A stretch of 63,528 nucleotides of DNA, from the NCBI GenBank assembly GCA_965644265.1, contig OZ286477.1, positions 7,378,001 to 7,441,528 of the forward strand, given 5' to 3'. The notes below the pieces were generated by a model. It saw only the letters and a program-made list of their open reading frames with translations, did not search any database and was not told where the DNA came from. Numbering within the stretch: position 1 is the first letter of the stretch; the number at the start of each line of letters is the position of its first letter. Shown here piece by piece: positions 1 through 12,411 of the stretch. This stretch comes from Glycera tridactyla. Its lineage: Eukaryota. The position numbers were made by a program, and so were the translations under genes.

Positions 1-757
1 ATCGATAGAACAACTCTCAGCTGTCACTTTTCTCCACAAAGATTCTCAGATTTGCTCCCCATTTAGCATGATGAAAATCAGCTGAGGTGTTGACATCCCA
101 AAGAATCAAGTTTCCAATATTGAGATATGCTTGAGTATATTTTCATTTGAAAATGGACCTGTCTCCCTTTCCAAAAGCCCTGTGTCATCAGCCTGAGTGA
201 AATTTTCTTTCAGATACACACACTTAGTTTCGAGCGAAAATTTGATTTTGCCATTTTCGAGACATTATTCAGCAAGCCATATGACCTGGTGGCCTATCGT
301 GAAAGTCAATGAAACCCATACACTTTCAATCCTGAGGAAAGGTTTCACTGATTACACTTAGTTCCTTCATTTGAAGACAAATCCTAAGAAAATGTACCTT
401 TTTCTGATAGAATATCATTGATTCTCTTTTTTTTGTGGGGGGGGGGGGGGGGGGTTAACGACTTGATTCATCTTCCATGATTTTTAAGAGTAGGGCTTCC
501 AAATTTTAATGGACACAGATTGAATACTATATTATGGCAAAACAACAGCAGATCTATTTATACGTGCTTAGGTTTTTTTACAGAGTCCAGATTTGCTTCA
601 TATTTAGCGTATCGAAAGCAACTTGGCTATTCACATCAGCAAAAATCAACTTTCTGAAATTATGGCATGATTGTCAGAATCTCTATTTGAAAATGGACTC
701 CTCCCTCTACCCAAAAAAATCTGTGTCATTAGCCTGAGTGATGTCAAGGAGGATGTT

Positions 758-969
758 NNNNNNNNNNNNNNNNNNNNNNNNNNNNNNNNNNNNNNNNNNN
801 NNNNNNNNNNNNNNNNNNNNNNNNNNNNNNNNNNNNNNNNNNNNNNNNNNNNNNNNNNNNNNNNNNNNNNNNNNNNNNNNNNNNNNNNNNNNNNNNNNNN
901 NNNNNNNNNNNNNNNNNNNNNNNNNNNNNNNNNNNNNNNNNNNNNNNNNNNNNNNNNNNNNNNNNNNNN
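758..969. other. Assembly gap (N run)
   Basis: Run of N bases. Confidence 0.99.
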
Positions 970-1299
970 GGAAGCAGGAGGAGAGAGTGATAGAGTGATG
1001 ATACTGATGAAAATACAATGCTGACCAGTGTAAGGGGATGTTGTTATGTTACCCGGCAGATGGCAATCAGAGGTGATAACCTGCAACTCGTCTACCAGTG
1101 GCCCCTTGCCCTTTACTCCCAGCTAAACTGCCGCGAGCCTCCTCAAAGTCCCTGTGATACGATGATTGCTGCAATATTCGCTGAGACATGTTTTTGAGCG
1201 ACCAGATATAGCTCAAGACTCTGTACAATCTGTGGACACAGTGTTTCATCACTGAGCGAGAGTAGCCAACTAATCTTTGCACTATGCACAAGAAGATTA

Positions 1300-1391
1300 A
1301 AGCAAGAAATCATGGGGTGGGCATCGCCAGTATAATTCACTCGATTTCGTGATGTATAACTTCCGGGACAGTACCCCATGGTTTCTTGCTT
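1300..1391. repeat. Palindromic (hairpin) dispersed repeat, same family as 60834-60954
   Basis: Arms AAGCAAGAAATCATGGGGT (1300-1318) and ACCCCATGGTTTCTTGCTT (1373-1391) are 18/19 complementary. The same arm and the GTGATGTATAACT motif recur at ~60.9 kb. Confidence 0.7.
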
Positions 1392-2322
1392 ATATACCAC
1401 GATTCAGCATGCTACTTGAAGGCAATTAGCTTATCTGAGTGGAACTTGGTTTATTTGTTGATTCCATTCATCCCATCATGAACCCCATGTATAAAACATA
1501 CGGGAGTTACAATATATAACCAGCATGAACAATTTAGTCATTCAAAACAAGCTAGGGACCCTGAAGTAGTCTTGCTGGACAGTGCAGTTCATAGGGAATT
1601 CATCGATGTCTTATTTGTCTGTGTAGCACCTTAATTGATGACATGCAATCGAAAATTATATGGAGCAGAAATCATTTTACAGACATGAACTTTGCCAGAT
1701 GAGCTGCCTGCGGATCTGTGTCTATTTCAAATGGATTTATTTCATGCCTTGGCCGTGGACACAGTGGTCCTGACGAGTTATCACGGTCAGATACAAACTA
1801 ATTACTCTAAAGTACATGATAACAACCTGGTGTAAGTCATCAGAGGTCCACGCCCATGCCGAGTCCCTTGATAATAATTATTATGGACCTGATATCAATG
1901 TGATTTAAATGGAGAATTTGAATGTACTGGGACAATCCATTCCAAATGACAACGGCAGATACTCATTTGTTGATGATATTTTTTTCAACGATTGCCCTGT
2001 TCGAAGAAATGAAAAGCCTACAGATCAGGATGGTCACTTGGCCTTCTCCTTTTCCATGTCCCGTGAGCACAATCTGAGCTATATTGAGATGTGCATGCAA
2101 CAAGCAAGAATGGGATTGGTGTGGACTTTGTAAAAGTTATGGACTCTCAGGAGCCATCTGTGACTTATCCGTTTTCAGTATAAGTAGCCAAACACTCAGT
2201 TTGTTGCGTGTTTCTTTTATCTTTTCGGAGGGAAGTGAATCATGTTCAGTAACATTCCTGCACCCTAGTCGCTTCCAGAAAGTTAGAAAGATGAGACTGA
2301 TCAATGTTTTGATTCATTTCAG

Positions 2323-2490
2323 AGATAACTGAGATGCTGCAGTTAGGAGGCCATTCATATCGGTTTGGTTGGAATGCTTTGAATTGGGCAGATTGTCAGA
2401 CCTACTGTCATGATATCAGAGGATATCTGGTACAGTTTGAGACAGATGATGAAGCCTCAGAGATTCGTGACTACATCATCACAAGATATG
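2323..2490 (+). CDS. Lectin copy A, exon 2 (N-terminal half of C-type lectin domain)
   Basis: tttcAG acceptor at 2321-2322, GTAGGT donor at 2491, 168 bp, phase 1/1. Translates EITEMLQLGGHSYRFGWNALNWADCQTYCHDIRGYLVQFETDDEASEIRDYIITRY, matching the CTLD W-x-x-(A/C)-x-x-x-C...G-x-L-V pattern. Paralogous to 23714-23881. Confidence 0.88.
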
Positions 2491-4420
2491 GTAGGTTGCT
2501 CTGCTTTGGTTTGGTTCAGGTTTGGTACTATCCCAAAAATATGATATATGTTATGTGCTTCTGAGTTATGGAAACTGAATACTCCATCCGCTGCAGAGAG
2601 TACTCTCATAAACCCCAGGTGCAAAACGATGTGAAAGCAAAAAGGCGGCCATATGGAAGTAGCTGATAGGCCAGAAACATCTGCATGTGCCTCACAAGGA
2701 GACTGCTGTTTGTCACGGATGGTACAAAACAGTGCTCCTGGAATCAGAGAGAGAAGGAGCATCGTACGCGTCCAGATGTTCATCATGAAACTGATGCACT
2801 GTATATTATTGGGCACCTCATGAGCCAGATGAAAGCGGTGCTTGTATATGGATGAGTGGGGGATACCACCTCTATCTATTTGATGATGTTCCATGTGATT
2901 GGTTATTGTTTCCTCTCTGCGAATTCGAATTCTAGATGTTTGAACTGCAGAGCAACATTCAGCAATAACTGAATAAAAGAATTTTCGGTGAAGATTGCAG
3001 AGGGTGATGAAGTCCAAAAATAAAAATGGAGAGGGAAAGATGATACATGATTATGGTCAGATATATACGAGTATTAGATATTGTGATTGGGTAATGACTA
3101 TGGTATTTGAGTTAAAAAGAACTATGTTGATATGCAATCCACCAGTACATCGAGCAATAACAATAGCCATATCTAAACAATTGTTGGATGGACAAATTTC
3201 ACGACAGATAGACAAGGACGGACTGTCACGCAGTGTCATAGGGCAAGAGTTCCTTAATGCAGCACCTCAGATCATAGCATCACCTGATACAAATTGAGTG
3301 CATGTCTGGGCAATTTCAAGGTCGCATCACTCTGTCTGCTGCGTGAACCTCGGTGATACAGCAGAACGCATGGTCGAACATTGATGCATTCCATCACAAT
3401 GGCTTCATGACACTATAACGAAAACAGTATGCAGCTGGATATGTCCATGATTTGTTTGTTGATTCGGGGTTATGGGATCTATTTGCAAGTCATAATCTAA
3501 AGGGTCATGCATCCGATGGGGTCAGGAACCATGAAGGTACATGCTGTACTCCCACAAGCACCAACATTATCGGAAACATGAGAGGGGAGAAAGTGGTATC
3601 AGCGGATAGATTGGATATACATCTACATGCTTGTCATGAATTCAGAGAAACCAATGAATGGCATTTGAAGGCATATCCAGCTATGTAAATGACCTTAGGT
3701 TGACAGTTGGTATGGAAAGCTTCAATTCCATGTAAAATCCGTCACTTGTGCTGTCCCTGGCCCAAGAAATACCTTTTCGTCAGTTCTCATCTCTCACCTT
3801 TAAACTAGGTTTACAGTAACTGGTGCTTTATTTCAATTGTACAATATTTGAATATCTTATCTGGACTACCAGAGGGGAAGTCAAGGACCACATATCACCT
3901 CTCATTGCCATAATAGTCTCTAGTAAACCAAGTCATAACCCTAGTGTTCCAAAACACATGTGCCTGATACCCGCATTTTGTATAATCATACCACTGTCAC
4001 AGGTATACCATCTGCTACCAACACAGAAGTTTCAAAAAAGAGTAAATACGATGTGATTTTTGCAGGAAATGCATTCTACTGTGAGGATGATGAAAAATTC
4101 AGGCACACCTTCACACTTCACGTTCTGAAATATTGAAATGCATCAGGTCCGGACAGAACTTACTAATTTGTCTGTCTTTTGATGGACTGTCATCTCCAAA
4201 ACAAGTTTCATGCAAATGGATCATGCAACTAATGCTATATGTATATGTCAAACGCAACACCGTGCAAAGTATACCAGATCAACCTAAAGGTGGCACCAGA
4301 AAGACCAATGAGGCTGTATTGAATAATATATGGAGATTATGAAGCTAAAAATATACGCAAATCAGAATGAATACACGGAAAGAGATTGATGATACATCAT
4401 AGTTCCTCATACTCAGTGGA

Positions 4421-4612
4421 GCCTGCCTCGGTGGCCCAGTGGTAGCATGCTTGGCCAGCATGCAATAGGTCCGGGGTTCAATCCGCGGTCCTACCGTGCA
4501 GGAACGTTTCACTCTTCATCTTCGCTCCTACGTGGCAGGTAGTCTGATTCAGCCTACTCAAGTGCAGAAAGTTGACCTAAAACCTCAACGATTCATCTCA
4601 TTTTCATTTTCA
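4421..4612 (+). mobile_element. tRNA-derived SINE
   Basis: Pol III A box TGGCCCAGTGG (~4432-4442) and B box GGTTCAATCC (~4475-4484), followed by a non-tRNA body and a simple (TTCAT)-like tail. Confidence 0.7.
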
Positions 4613-5339
4613 TACTCAATAGGTCAACATTTAGGCAATGTATCATCCCTCACAAAAAGAATGGTTCATCCTGAATATTGGTGACAGATGCCATCTTTAT
4701 CTCTAGACCTGAACCCACATCGAACTAAGATGAGAGGGTCTTCCAATATCGAAGGACCTTGGAAATCATACAACGTTTAGAATCCAAGTACTCTTTTTGT
4801 TCGGTCATCTTAGATTACATACTCCCATCTCCAGTGGGTCAATATTCAACAGTGTCTCTATCCCATACCAGTGAATTAACTAGTTCAGAAGGGAGGTGGC
4901 AGAGACCATTTTCACTTTCAGGTCGGAAGCAACATTGAATCAAGACAAGGAGGTCAATCCTTCACTCGGTCTCCCCTATCTCTTGAAGTCATGTATGTTG
5001 CTATCAGATCTGTACACAAATTACCTGCTGTCATTAGGTTTCAGGTCGATCCAATCTTCTACTTCTTCGGTGAGTAAGTGGAGTACTGAGGATTTCCCCT
5101 TGCGAGGAACCTGATAAAGTCTTGAATGATCGCTGTTGATGATCTTTCAGCAACTGGGAAAAAATGAGAACAAGTTCATTATAGAGATTATATTGATGTC
5201 AATCTGTATTTGGAAATGCATAAAGATAACGATAATATTGAAAATGATGATGATGATGATGTCCTCTTGATATCAATAAAGATAATGATAAACTCCCGTG
5301 TACTGTGCTTCATTGTTGAGTAGTGAATATGCAATTAAC

Positions 5340-5900
5340 AGTGAGTAACTGCCACAAGCCTGGCTGCCTGGCGTGAAAAACTTGCTCCCTTGGCTCATGC
5401 AGTTTGAACAGTTTGAACAGACTTCTATAAACTCCATAATCGGACATCATACATATTTATACCTGTGTCGGGGATGGTTATTAAATAAGGAAGTTGTTGT
5501 TCGGAAGAACAGAGAGAGAGAGCAAGAGGCCCGAGGAGACGAAATTGGCATTCATGGAGTTTGGGAATGGCTGATTAAATTGTTTATGTAGTACTTCACA
5601 ACTTGCGAATCCAGAGCAATATATGTTTGATCTCATAGCTTTATTTTGAACTTTTCTTAGTATTATAGGGTCAGTCATTCCCAGACTATCGTAGATGATA
5701 TCACCATAGTCAGATATAAGGAGGATGAGGGTCCTGTTCAGCATCAAGGCAGTGTTTTGGTTTGCTACTCCCCTCAGTCTTTCCAGGACCCACACCCTTT
5801 TGAAGTACTCAGCATGCTGCATGATATTGAACTTGTTATCATGCACAATTCTCAGTGATCTACTAATCATAACTGACTCCAGAAGATATCCACTCATATA
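5340..5900 (-). mobile_element. Decayed CR1/L2-like LINE fragment (post-RT C-terminal region)
   Basis: ORF 5481..5897(-) contains LERLRGVANQNTALMLNRTLILLISDYGDIIYDSLGMTDPIILRKVQNKAMR, typical of the LY-x-TLILP-x-x-DYGD-x-x-YD...LQKLQN-x-A-x-R segment of CR1/L2-group ORF2. Confidence 0.7.
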
Positions 5901-5929
5901 ATTCCCTGCAAAAAGGTGTCTAGATTCAT

Positions 5930-6378
5930 AGATTCGATCTCATTACACCTTCCTCACCTACCTATCAGCTTTTCACTTGTATGAATCTCTATACCTGTAC
6001 CGAGGATATCACCCATGCCCACATACTCTCGGGAAAGCTGTTGCTCTTAGCTGTTCTTTAGGAAATGTACTCATGTTAGCATATCCTTTGTACTCCTACA
6101 TCAGTCTTATTTCACTTTGTTCCTCTCTCCTTCGGCACTTCACTCTGCTTCTCACTCTACTTTGTCCTCCCCTACTTTGACATATTTTCCCTATTGCCCC
6201 TTTCAACTTCTGGCATCCAATTTCTGTACTTATTTTATCTTTGACCACTGTTACTCTCTTTATATTGCCCTTGGACACGGTATATATATATTGTATGTTT
6301 TGCACCCCTTGAAGAGAAAGACATAGTCCTGTGACCTGCCTGACCAGAGTTTAATAAAGTTCTTCAAACTCAAACCTG
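5930..6378 (+). mobile_element. Probable 3' end of a non-LTR retrotransposon
   Basis: Ends in AATAAA plus the short repeat tail GTTCTTCAAACTCAAAC after a T-rich 3' UTR-like stretch; no clear coding motif. Confidence 0.35.
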
Positions 6379-6559
6379 CCGATGATAGACTCTCATTCCC
6401 ATGCTCCATCCAGCTGATGCAAAATGCTTATCTGGCAGGTGTCACTGTCACTTCAAGACATCCCCTGATCTCTGACTCGTGCCTCACTCCTCATTGAAAA
6501 CCTATATTGAAAAACAGGCTGCGTGTACTGTGCTTCATTGTTCTAGAGATACATTGGTG

Positions 6560-6960
6560 AGTGGATTGATGGGCAGACAGACAGATGGATGGAAGGACTG
6601 ATGGGCAGACAGACAGCCCGATCAGCTGATGAACAAGGGGACTTGCAAACATCTAACAGACATTCTGACAGACAGACAGGTGGACTGATGTAAGGGTGAA
6701 CAGCCAGATGGACGGATGGACAGACAGACAGACATATAGACTGACAGACAGACGTATGGATGGATGAATGGACAGACTGACAGATGTAGGCATGGACGGA
6801 CAAACAGACAAATGGATGGATGGATGGCTGGACATTTGGACAGACAGACAGACAGACACACACACAGAAACGCAGAAGCACAGAAACACAGACAGAAACA
6901 CAACCTGAGACTGACACACAGACAGATAGACATACACAGACAAACAAATGGTCAGACGGA
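6560..6960. repeat. Compound microsatellite (GACA/GATG/CA)
   Basis: Degenerate CAGA, GGAT and CACA tetramer runs. Confidence 0.9.
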
Positions 6961-7930
6961 GAGAAAGGGTGATGAGATTGACGATTATGAGTAGGGAGTC
7001 ACATATGTACAGAGGGCTTTAGATGGAGAAAGGGAGACAAACAAGAAAATAGAGAGAGAGACAGAGGGGAAAAAGATGTGAATGCCAGTTTGCTAACTTT
7101 GTAGCACGTTGAGCAGAGAATATTTTTGACAGTCATCACAGGTTTCTATAATGAATGCGGAAATCGAAAAGAATCGTGAAGAAACCACCTATGACTGAAT
7201 GATGCAATTCATGTGTGAAATTATATCCATCAACGACTATTCACCTATTCATGTAAACATACAGTTGAATATTCTCCCTGAAAAGAATGCATTGACCCTT
7301 TAACCTCCGTAATTGGTTTTTAGTGCAGCCATATATTCTGGGCATTTTCGTACGATTAATTTTTGGCTGGTTGTTTTTCTTGCATCTGAGGATTATCATC
7401 TATCGTATTTTGAGTCTGTCTCGATGATGAGTTGAAACTTGAAGTGATGGATATGGTTCATTGTGGCTTCTATGAACACTAATTTATGGAATCAACATTT
7501 TATATCCAATGGGCACAGCCTGGGCTGAGTTTACACGTCCTTTCGATGGGCATAATTGGGACATTCGAAAATTCTTCTAGGTCTCCAATGGAAAGTTGAA
7601 TTTTGCGATATTCACAGACCCTTCGAGGTGATATTTTCTACTTGTCTGGTTTCAATCTGAATTGCCTGACACCTAGTTCTTCCTATGTTTGTTTCTCACT
7701 CTCACAAAAATGACATTCCATTAGATGCATTTCATATCATATAGCCATTGCATTCAGAAGCAAATGTTCATGGACATATTGACAAGTTTTATGATCTTGC
7801 ATCACAAATATGCCTGCGAATTGATCAGTTTTTTCCTGAATCAGAGGAACCCATCAAACCCTGTGTATACTACCTTTTAATCATTATTATTTGTTGTGGG
7901 ATTAACAAATAACGATATACCATATTTCAG

Positions 7931-8144
7931 CAGACAATTTACGCCTTTGGACCAATGGCCATCAAGTTGAGGGGACATCACTTGGCAAGAGAGTGGCCTA
8001 ATAACTACCTCTAACTTCTGGGCATCTTCCAAGCCATCATCGAGCAGTGGTTGCATAAGGATGGGAGGTGGACATTCTTCCTATCTTTTCGATGATACTT
8101 CGTGTCAAAAAGAAAAGTATCCTATCTGTGAATTCGAATATTAG
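7931..8144 (+). pseudogene. Lectin copy A, exon 3 (C-terminal CTLD) with 1-bp deletion
   Basis: tttcAG acceptor; 214 bp versus 215 bp in copy B. One base is missing at GTT GA- GGG GAC (7969-7974). The restored frame reads DNLRLWTNGHQVxGDITWQESGLITTSNFWASSKPSSSSGCIRMGGGHSSYLFDDTSCQKEKYPICEFEY*. Confidence 0.8.
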
Positions 8145-9457
8145 GAAACGTTCAGATATCAAAGTGATATTCAGCAATGGTAATTGCAATTCATGATGCG
8201 TGGCCATATATTTCAGGACGATTACTCATAGAAGGATGGAGTGAGAGCAGTACTTTCATGGAACTGAAATCCGGGCGTAACTGAAAAGATGGCATCTCAT
8301 ATGGTGATCAGCCATCACGCAGAGGACTTTTGACTCATAGCAATGGGAAAATACAATGACGCTTTGTGGATCTATAAATGATGTGATTTAACCACAGGTT
8401 TGTTCATTTGTTTGAAAATCATATAGTTTGGTATGGTATGATATGATATGGAACGATGCGGTATGATATGGTATGGAATTGTGCGGTATGGAATAGAGCA
8501 GTATATAATGGAAAGTCTTCTATACAAGGTTGAAGAACACGAGAGCATACATGTTGTATGCAATAAGATATGATGAAATTTGATTGACACCTGGTGGCAA
8601 TTTTTGAAAATATGGTCACGTGAACTCAAACAAGTCCTGCAAATAGAATCTTACAAAGAAACAGATGAACTCAACATATTCACACAGAACGAGAATGTCA
8701 AAATTAACACATATCTCACTTCTGTGAAGAACTCTTCTCTGAGAGCCAGACAGAGATGATAGCAGATAAGCAGTCAACAGGATGGACAAGCGGACAGACA
8801 GACACATGATCCGACTAGAGAATGCGTATCAACAGATGATAGAAGAATCTTGAGGGTATGCTTATATTTGCGGATGAGAGGCCATTTCATAGCGAACATA
8901 CTGTTCAAACACAGCATCACACATTGCACAAACCTGAATGAACCTTGCGATGGTAATCATCAATCTTACTGAATGAAAGGTGACACTAGATCCTGGTATG
9001 GTGTTTTTTCCAGCAAAACGCTGCTTTTAGAACGATGAAATGTATGCGATTCTGAAAATACATGAATGAAGTTCTTTGTTATGAAGGAGTATTTGTTGGA
9101 GTAGACAAAAGCTTATGAGATAGAATCATCATAATATGCAAACAGGGCCCAGAATTTTACTGAATACAGTGAATAACAGCATTTTCTTCCTGAAATTTCC
9201 ACCAGGGTATTTCAATGTATAAACACGAGCAGGCAGTCACAGTGAGCTGATTTCTACCTCCTGTTTATCACCACCTTCGGAAGCTTGATGAATGTGGAAC
9301 AAAACTGGTTTTACAAGAATCAATATGATATATCCAACTTGTTTTCTCGATCATCATATGTGTCTGATAAAGTACAGCAATTTCACAGCTGTATCAAATA
9401 AGATCATAGCTAAGAGCGTATCATCGGCAGATGAGTGGTATAAGTACCAATATCCAT

Positions 9458-9982
9458 CTTGAACTTGAACTTGAACTTGAAAAACATTCTATTGCGCAAG
9501 TTGGTGCATATACAATGTATACAATACATACATTCACTCAGGGAGTCATGTTACCTGCTTACGCAGACATAGTCAGAAATACAGTACAATTAATAACAAA
9601 CAGATTAAGAAATGATGATATTTACGAATGAAATATGTTGACATAGTTCAGGTCAAGATGTATGAGCATATCTGGGACAGCAATGATATACAGGTAGACA
9701 AGATCAAGATATTCACAGAACTTAGCATAAACTTGCCGACAGGTACTACACATCTTCGTGTACTCAGAAATTCAGACGTACTCCGTCACACTCGCATACA
9801 CTCAAACCTACACACTTTTCAATGTGAAGATAAGCCACTAATTATCAAATTGACCACCAACTTATACGAGTTTGCCCTCTACACGTTTGCCGGGGAGGCA
9901 GGACAGCCACCAACCAAGACCTGTGTTTAATACTGAATATAGATAAAACCTGGATGACATCAGTCTTCACATTGCTCATTTG
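9458..9982 (-). mobile_element. Insertion specific to duplicate A, probable 5'-truncated LINE 3' end
   Basis: Absent from the paralogous block at ~36165-36185. Begins with (CTTGAA)n, i.e. a (TTCAAG)n tail on the - strand preceded by an AATAGA-like signal. Confidence 0.55.
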
Positions 9983-10262
9983 TCACAGGCACATGTCGTA
10001 TGAATTGAGATTTCATCTTAGCTATCTGTGAATTCATGGCCACCGCAGGGCGGAGGCTGGAAGCGATAACTAAGCCTGCCTCCCGAAAGCCAATGATGCT
10101 GTGTTTCGATCAATATTGTATCGGTATGATAATCGCATGTTTATTGTTGAAAATGGTCGTCTGATGCGATAGAATCAGGACGACATGCGTATGTGACACT
10201 CGAGCTGGTATCACATACACAGTTCGTTCTGTTCATGTATACCTCACATGCTTAAGCTACAA

Positions 10263-11572
10263 ACAGGCTCTGGATACAGCACATAACATTGCCTCATAGC
10301 AGGCTCTGGATACAGCACATAACATTGCCTCATGGCGAGCTCTGGATACAGCAAATAACATTGCCTCTTGGCGAGCTCTGAATACAGCATATATCATTGC
10401 CTCATAGCGGGCTCTGGACGCAGCACATAACATTGCCTCATAGCAGGCTCTGTATCCAGTGTATGGCATTGCCTCGTAGCCAGCTATGACTACAGCACAA
10501 AACATTGCCTCATAGCGGGCTCTGAATACAGCACATAATATTGCCTCATGACGGGCCCTGGATACAGCACATATCATTGCCTCATGGCAAGCTAGGGATA
10601 CAGCACATAACATTGCCTTATAGCGGGCTCTGGATACAGCACATAACATTGCCTCATGACGAGCTCTGAATACAGCACATATCATTGCCTCATAGTGGGC
10701 TCTGGATACAGCAAATACTATTGCCTCATAGCGGGCTCTGGATACAGCACATAACATTGCCTCATGGCGAGCTCTGAATACAGCATATATCATTGCCTCA
10801 TAGCGGGCTCTGGATACAGCACATAACATTGCCTTATAGCGGGCTCTGAATACAGCACATAATATTGCCTCATGGCGGGCCCTGGATACAGCACATAACA
10901 TTGCCTCATAGCGGGCTCTGGATACAGCACATATCATCGCCTCATGGCGGGCTCTGGAAACAGCACATATCATTGCCTCATGGCGAGCTCTGGATACAGC
11001 ACATAACATTGCCTCATAGTGGGCTCTGGATACAGCACATAACATTGCCTCATAGCGGGCTCTGAATACAGCACATAATATTGCCTAATGGCGGGCCCTG
11101 GATACAGCACATATCATTGCCTCATGGCAAGCTCTGGATACAGCACATAACATTGCCTCATAGCGGGCTCTGGATACAGCACATATCATTGCCTCATGGC
11201 GGGCTCTGGATACAGCAAATACTATTGCCTCATAGCGGGCTCAGGATGCAGCACATAACATTGCCTCATAGCGGGCTCTGGATACAGCACATATCATTGC
11301 CTCATGGCGAGCTCTGGATACAGCACATAACATTGCCTCATAGCGGGCTCTGGATACAGCACATAACATTGCCTCATAGCAGGCTCCGAATACAGCACAT
11401 AACATTGCCTCATAGTGGGCTCCCAATACAGCACATAAGATTGCCTCATAGCAGGCTCCGAATACAGCACATAACATTGCCTCATAGCGGGCTCTGAATA
11501 CAGCACATGAAATTGCCTCATAGTGGGCTCCAAATACAGCACATAACATCGCCTCATAGTGGGCTCCAAATA
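10263..11572. repeat. 36-bp satellite array, left part (copy A)
   Basis: Unit GATACAGCACATAACATTGCCTCATAGCGGGCTCTG, about 36 copies. Confidence 0.97.
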
Positions 11573-12411
11573 CAGTCGAACCTGGTCTAGCATGAACTTC
11601 TACTTAGCATGACCCTCTCTTAAGCATGCACTTTCAATTCCCCCTATCATATTTTCACTCAATCTGACCTTTACTAGGAGATCAGCATGCACTTTTTTTA
11701 GACCCCCTACATGAGCACACCCCTCTTCTAAGCATGCACTTGCATCTAATCCAGGGGTATGTTCGACCAATGATTGCAATCATTCAACAAACTGTTATTG
11801 TTCTTAGCCGCTCAACTGTATTCCCTGGCCACTGCCAAAGTTACCCAATGAATGATCACCACCCCATCACTATTTCCCTACCACAAATTTAGACCAGAAG
11901 CCAGTCTCTCATGTAATCTTCACTTCGATGCATGTCGTTCGAATTGGATACAAAATGACGAGTCCGAAGAGGAAATGCCTAACATCAGCAGAGAGAGTGG
12001 AGGCACTGAAACTCATTAATTCTGGTAAAAACCTGGTATCATTGCTAAACAGTATGGTGTCGAGAAAACACAACTTCATTCACAGAAGAAGAGGAAGCAT
12101 GAGGTGATTACAGAATAGGAACAATCAGCAAATTCTGACAGCAAACGGCAATGCAAATGAACTGGATTCGAGGATATCAACAGTCTCATATGGACCTGGT
12201 TCCAAGATGCAACCATCTTTTGGTTCTGTATCAACCATGTATCTATTTGAATCAGTTAATCTGCTTTATTGGTAATACACAGATTTCATCTGCTCATATT
12301 TGTTCATATTATATTCAGGTTTTTGAACGGGCGGGCCCGTGTGTGCCCCTACTAAGCATGCACCTCTTCCAAGCATGCAGTTTAGCAATTTCCATAGGAC
12401 AGGTATAACTG
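11573..12411 (+). mobile_element. Internally deleted pogo/Tigger DNA transposon
   Basis: TA duplication (11571-72, 12412-13); imperfect TIRs CAGTCGAACCTG / CAGGTATAACTG. Region 11955-12214 encodes a broken HTH_psq/CENP-B-like N-terminus: MTSPKRKCLTSAERVEALKLINSGK/..IAKQYGVEKTQL..KKRKHEV...GFEDINSLIWTWFQDAT. Confidence 0.85.

Noticed and set aside
646-1086. ORFs spanning N runs (also 62341-62834)
   Set aside because: They are open only because of unknown bases.
1-2322. Exon 1 of lectin copy A
   Set aside because: No sequence similar to 19454-19784 was found; it is upstream of the window, in the gap, or lost.
4425-4497. tRNA gene
   Set aside because: A and B boxes are present, but I see no convincing full cloverleaf, and it continues into a SINE-like body and tail.
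3280-5130. Possible decayed transposase-like coding on the - strand in lectin A intron 2
   Set aside because: Many stops and no motif I can name; insufficient to call.
6543-6994. Cys/Val/Ser-rich ORFs
   Set aside because: Translations of a compound microsatellite; the same applies to ORFs at 55140-55462 and 58825-59133.
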